Source: Aliivibrio fischeri ES114 (lineage in GTDB: Bacteria; Pseudomonadota; Gammaproteobacteria; Enterobacterales; Vibrionaceae). From it: a DNA stretch of 32,000 nt. The stretch is taken from NCBI RefSeq assembly GCF_000011805.1, contig NC_006841.2, one strand, 5' to 3'. Position numbers and translations under genes: made by a program. The notes beneath the pieces are model-generated. The model was given only the letters and a program-made list of their open reading frames with translations. It ran no database searches and was not told the DNA's origin. Positions 28,557 through 32,000 of this stretch are shown here, piece by piece (the stretch's first letter is position 1; each line of letters opens with the position of its first letter).

Positions 28557-30560
28557 ATGCGCGTATCAAGTGTACTAGGTAAGCCTAAAATAGGTAGCAG
28601 TAGAACAGGACTAAATATTGGCATTATTGTCTTGATGTGTATTGTTTTATTGAGTTTATTGCAATGGACGGCTCCTTATTCTCAAGGCATCGATTTATTA
28701 TGGAAAACCGTATTTCATTATGATTCATCTGATTATCAACAATTAATTACGTATTTAACTTATCTTCCTCGTTTATCCATTGCTGTGTTATCAGGTTTTG
28801 GTTTGGCAATTGCTGGTTGTGTTATGCAGTTTGTATTACGTAACCCTATTGCTTCACCAACGACGTTAGGGGTTGCTGCTGGAGCTGAATTGGGGATGGT
28901 TCTTGGTATTTTGTTTTTACCTGTTAGTAGTTCTATTAGTGGTTTTATTCCCGCATTTTTAGGCGGAGCATTTGCCACCGGGCTAGTGTTTTTATTGTCG
29001 GTAAAACGTGGTTTTTCGCCTGTTCATATGGTGCTAGCTGGAATGGTTGTTAGCCTTTTTTTTGGGTCTTTAAATACCATGCTGTTGTTACTTAATGAGC
29101 AACAATTAACTAGTGTATTTGTATGGGGGGCGGGTACATTAAATCAAAATGATTGGAGTAGTGTATCAAGGCTTATTCCATTGATTACCTTTCCTGTTAT
29201 CACGATCTTGTTACTTGCTCGTCCCTTGTCCGCACTTCAATTAGGTGATCATGTAGCTTCCTCTATCGGCATTAATATAAAGCAGATTAAAGTTATATCG
29301 TTGACCTTAGCTATATTTATTACCGCAGCAGTGGTAAGTGAAGTTGGTTTGATTGGCTTTGTTGGCATAGTTGCTCCAGCCATAGCTCGAATGTGTGGTG
29401 CAAGAGGATTACCTACTCAAATTTTAATGAGCGGTAGTATTGGCAGTGTAATGCTTTTGTTTGCCGATTTAATTATACAGCCATTTTCAGGTGTGGGTGG
29501 TGAGTTATTACCAACGGGAGCCATGACTGCATTACTTGGTGCCCCTTTTTTGTTGTGGTTATTAAATCGACAACAATTACAGTCAGAGATGAAGGTGAGA
29601 GAAACCTCGCAAATTGTTTATCGGGTAAGAAGCCTTAGATTTGTTATTGTTCCATTGTCTTTATTGATTGTTGTTTTGTTTATTGGTGCAGCATTACTTG
29701 GTAAAGGCCAACTTGGCTGGGCGGTAACTTTTGACATATCCATTATCGAGTTAAGAATACCACGAGTATTTGTTGCGTTCTTAGCCGGGGTTGGGCTAGC
29801 CATTGCTGGCACTGTGATTCAAAGGGTGTCAATGAACCCAATGGCAAGCCCTGAGATTTTAGGAATTAGCTCTGGTGCGGCACTGGCGTTAGTTTTAGGT
29901 GCCGTTTCTGGTGTTGCAATCAACAGGCATGAACAGATGTTACTGGGTACTTTAGGGGCATTAATCGTCACGTTTGTTATTTGGATTATGGGAAGAAAAC
30001 ATCATTTTGCTCCAACTCAAATGCTTCTAACGGGGATAGCTTTAAGTGCAGGGTTAGATGCGTTTTTACGAATTGCTTTATCATCAGGACAAGATAACGT
30101 TAAAGCGCTATTAACCTGGTTGTCTGGTTCAACTTACTTAGTTTCGATGAATGATGTGTATTTGCTTGCCGTAGGGGTATCGTTGTTTTTTATTTTCGCG
30201 ATGAAATCACATCGATGGCTAGATTTAATGGGATTAGGAGACACGGTAGCGAGCAGTGTTGGTCTATGTTGTCGTCGAGTTCGATTGTTTTTATTATTGT
30301 TTGTTGCCGCACTAACCACCTTATGTACGATTATTATCGGACCTCTTAGTTTTATTGGTTTATTAGCTCCTCATATGGCTCGCTCACTCCATCAATATCA
30401 AGCTTCACATCAACTCATTGCAGCGAGTTTGTTAGGCGGTTGTTTAATGATTTTAGCGGATTGGATAGGGCGAGTGATGTGGTTTCCATGGCAATTCCCG
30501 GCTGGATTATTGGCATCATTAATTGGCGGTATCTACTTCTTATATTTAATGCGAAAGTAA
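28557..30560 (+). CDS. fhuB: siderophore ABC transporter permease, fused two-domain FhuB-type
   Basis: 667 aa with two FecCD-like halves, each carrying LPRL/LRIPR ... GxxLAIAGxxxQxxxxNPxASPxxLGxxxGA (GFGLAIAGCVMQFVLRNPIASPTTLGVAAGAELG and GVGLAIAGTVIQRVSMNPMASPEILGISSGAALA). Confidence 0.93.
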   Translation: MRVSSVLGKPKIGSSRTGLNIGIIVLMCIVLLSLLQWTAPYSQGIDLLWKTVFHYDSSDYQQLITYLTYLPRLSIAVLSGFGLAIAGCVMQFVLRNPIASPTTLGVAAGAELGMVLGILFLPVSSSISGFIPAFLGGAFATGLVFLLSVKRGFSPVHMVLAGMVVSLFFGSLNTMLLLLNEQQLTSVFVWGAGTLNQNDWSSVSRLIPLITFPVITILLLARPLSALQLGDHVASSIGINIKQIKVISLTLAIFITAAVVSEVGLIGFVGIVAPAIARMCGARGLPTQILMSGSIGSVMLLFADLIIQPFSGVGGELLPTGAMTALLGAPFLLWLLNRQQLQSEMKVRETSQIVYRVRSLRFVIVPLSLLIVVLFIGAALLGKGQLGWAVTFDISIIELRIPRVFVAFLAGVGLAIAGTVIQRVSMNPMASPEILGISSGAALALVLGAVSGVAINRHEQMLLGTLGALIVTFVIWIMGRKHHFAPTQMLLTGIALSAGLDAFLRIALSSGQDNVKALLTWLSGSTYLVSMNDVYLLAVGVSLFFIFAMKSHRWLDLMGLGDTVASSVGLCCRRVRLFLLLFVAALTTLCTIIIGPLSFIGLLAPHMARSLHQYQASHQLIAASLLGGCLMILADWIGRVMWFPWQFPAGLLASLIGGIYFLYLMRK

Positions 30561-30657
30561 TATCCTTATTTTAACTATTGATATTAAACATATTTTTATG
30601 ATGTTGCACAAGATTTAAATTATTTTATAAATTCGCTAAAAAACAGTTGATCATTTT

Positions 30658-30676
30658 AATGAGAATCATTAGCATT
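30658..30676. promoter_or_regulatory. putative Fur box upstream of the IucA/IucC-type gene
   Basis: aatgagaatcattagcatt, 7-1-7-like match to the Fur consensus, about 33 bp before the ATG. Confidence 0.7.
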
Positions 30677-30708
30677 CGCATTCGTTAATTAAAAACAACG
30701 GAAATGTT

Positions 30709-32000
30709 ATGAAAACTAATGATGAGTTTGATTATGCAATAAGGGGAGGGAATGATGTTCCTGCTGCCTGTTTCCTTAATTCTTTGGCTAGAGAATGCGC
30801 TGCAATTCAAATAATAAACAATCAATATGAAGCTTATTATCGAATTCCCTTAGGAAGTACTGATGAGATTCAAATTCCATTAAATTACGTTTCATCAGTT
30901 GGTCTACATGAATATTGCTTCCCTGCAGTATTGTATGCCGAGGAGTCCAGAGCCATCGGCTTTGAAGAGGTCGTAGAGAAAATATTAGAACAACCAGCGT
31001 TGGTAGGGCTAATAACGAAAGAACAGAAAGAAACTTTTCTAGAGCGAGTAAATGAAAGTTACAGTAATACGTATTTTGGAGCCAGAAATAACCCATATTC
31101 AACGATTCTATTCTCTGAAGCACTAAATTTTCAACAAGCAGAACAAGGTTTGCTGATTGGACACTCTTTCCATCCTGCCCCTAAAAGTCGTGAGCAATTC
31201 AGTGAAGAAGATGCGAGAAGGTATTCTCCCGAGCTAGGGGGTGAGTTTGCTTTATGTTGGTTAGTTGTTGATTCATCAATTCTTATTTCTGGTTCTTCTG
31301 GACAGTACAATGCGAAAGAGCGGTTAGAGCAACTGGTTTCTCAAGATCATCTTTTATCTTTAGCCTTGAGTGGTGTTATTCATGAAGGGGAACACCTTTT
31401 TCCCGTTCATCCTTGGCAGTGGACGGTCTTACAAGAGAATGAAGATATTCAAACTTATATTCAGTCTGGCTTAATTAGAGAGCTTGGTGAGATCGGTTCA
31501 GCATGGTATCCAACCTCATCAACTCGTTCGCTGTATTCACCAACTTTACCGTATATGTTGAAGTTTTCATTAAGTGTGAAGTTAACCAATTCCATTCGTA
31601 ATTTATCTTTAAAAGAAGTGATACGCGGAACCCGATTAAACCAATTATTTTATGATACTGAGTTAAGTAATGAATTGGGACAAGAACAAGGTTTTCAAGT
31701 TATGCAAGAACCCAGTTATTTGGGGTTAACCAACAAATCGGGTGAGGTGATAGACGAGAGTCTTGTGGCATTTCGTGATAACCCATTAAGTTCAAAGCCG
31801 GAAGAAGAAGCCGTAGTTCTTGCCACGTTAACACAACAAAATCCTTATGGTGGTGAAAGTTTATTAGCGAAAAGAATCAAGCATTATGCAAATTCGTCCC
31901 AGCAGTCGTTATCCCAAGTGGCTGAGCAATGGTTTAGCGCTTATTGTCAGTATGCGGTTATCCCTTTATTTAACCTTCAAGCTAATTATGGTTTGGTTTT
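30709..32000 (+). CDS. IucA/IucC-family NIS siderophore synthetase, 3' truncated by the window end
   Basis: Manual translation MKTNDEFDYAIRGGNDVPAACFLNSLARECAAI...GLLIGHSFHPAPKSREQFSEED...FPVHPWQW...SSTRSLYSP...KFSLSVKLTNSIRNL is characteristic of NIS synthetases. Open to the window edge. Confidence 0.9.
   Translation, partial: MKTNDEFDYAIRGGNDVPAACFLNSLARECAAIQIINNQYEAYYRIPLGSTDEIQIPLNYVSSVGLHEYCFPAVLYAEESRAIGFEEVVEKILEQPALVGLITKEQKETFLERVNESYSNTYFGARNNPYSTILFSEALNFQQAEQGLLIGHSFHPAPKSREQFSEEDARRYSPELGGEFALCWLVVDSSILISGSSGQYNAKERLEQLVSQDHLLSLALSGVIHEGEHLFPVHPWQWTVLQENEDIQTYIQSGLIRELGEIGSAWYPTSSTRSLYSPTLPYMLKFSLSVKLTNSIRNLSLKEVIRGTRLNQLFYDTELSNELGQEQGFQVMQEPSYLGLTNKSGEVIDESLVAFRDNPLSSKPEEEAVVLATLTQQNPYGGESLLAKRIKHYANSSQQSLSQVAEQWFSAYCQYAVIPLFNLQANYGLV

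Noticed and set aside
28760-31123. Minus strand ORFs 28760-28978, 29618-29812, 30134-30319 and 30788-31123
   Set aside because: Antisense to fhuB and the IucA/IucC gene; composition typical of shadow ORFs.
1-32000. CRISPR arrays, rRNA, tRNA, transposase or integrase genes
   Set aside because: No regularly spaced repeats, RNA gene landmarks or mobile element proteins were recognised. The integrase-like similarity in the HNH protein covers only a core-binding-like domain with no catalytic recombinase domain.

Overview
This 32 kb window looks like a Vibrionaceae (probably Aliivibrio) accessory or second-chromosome region; that assignment is inferred from gene content, with no database search run. 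Left arm (1-4.5 kb): a truncated NERD-domain (nuclease-related) protein gene, an HNH endonuclease with a possible modification-reader N-terminus and an integrase-like central segment, a SAM methyltransferase, an Imm11/DUF1629-like gene, and an alpha/beta hydrolase gene. A second, truncated copy of the hydrolase 3' end lies just beyond the Imm11-like gene. Middle (5-16 kb): a conserved hypothetical, an SLC13/DASS symporter gene interrupted by an apparent single-base frameshift, an orphan pflB, the chitin-binding LPMO gene gbpA, a halovibrin-like secreted protein, a YgjP-like metallohydrolase, a YkgJ-like protein and small hypotheticals. Housekeeping block (16-25 kb): a YebC/YeeN paralog, rhlE, emrD, dbpA and two related GGDEF proteins lacking the canonical I-site. 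Right arm (24.7-32 kb): a hydroxamate-type siderophore locus with an FhuF-like reductase, an MFS exporter, fhuC/D/B-like genes and an IucA/IucC synthetase gene running off the window, with three Fur-box-like sites. The best candidate for a less-described system is the hydrolase/Imm11-like module with its duplicated 3' scar (2572-4444), followed by the HNH architecture at 820-1947. No CRISPR array, rRNA, tRNA or transposase was recognised.
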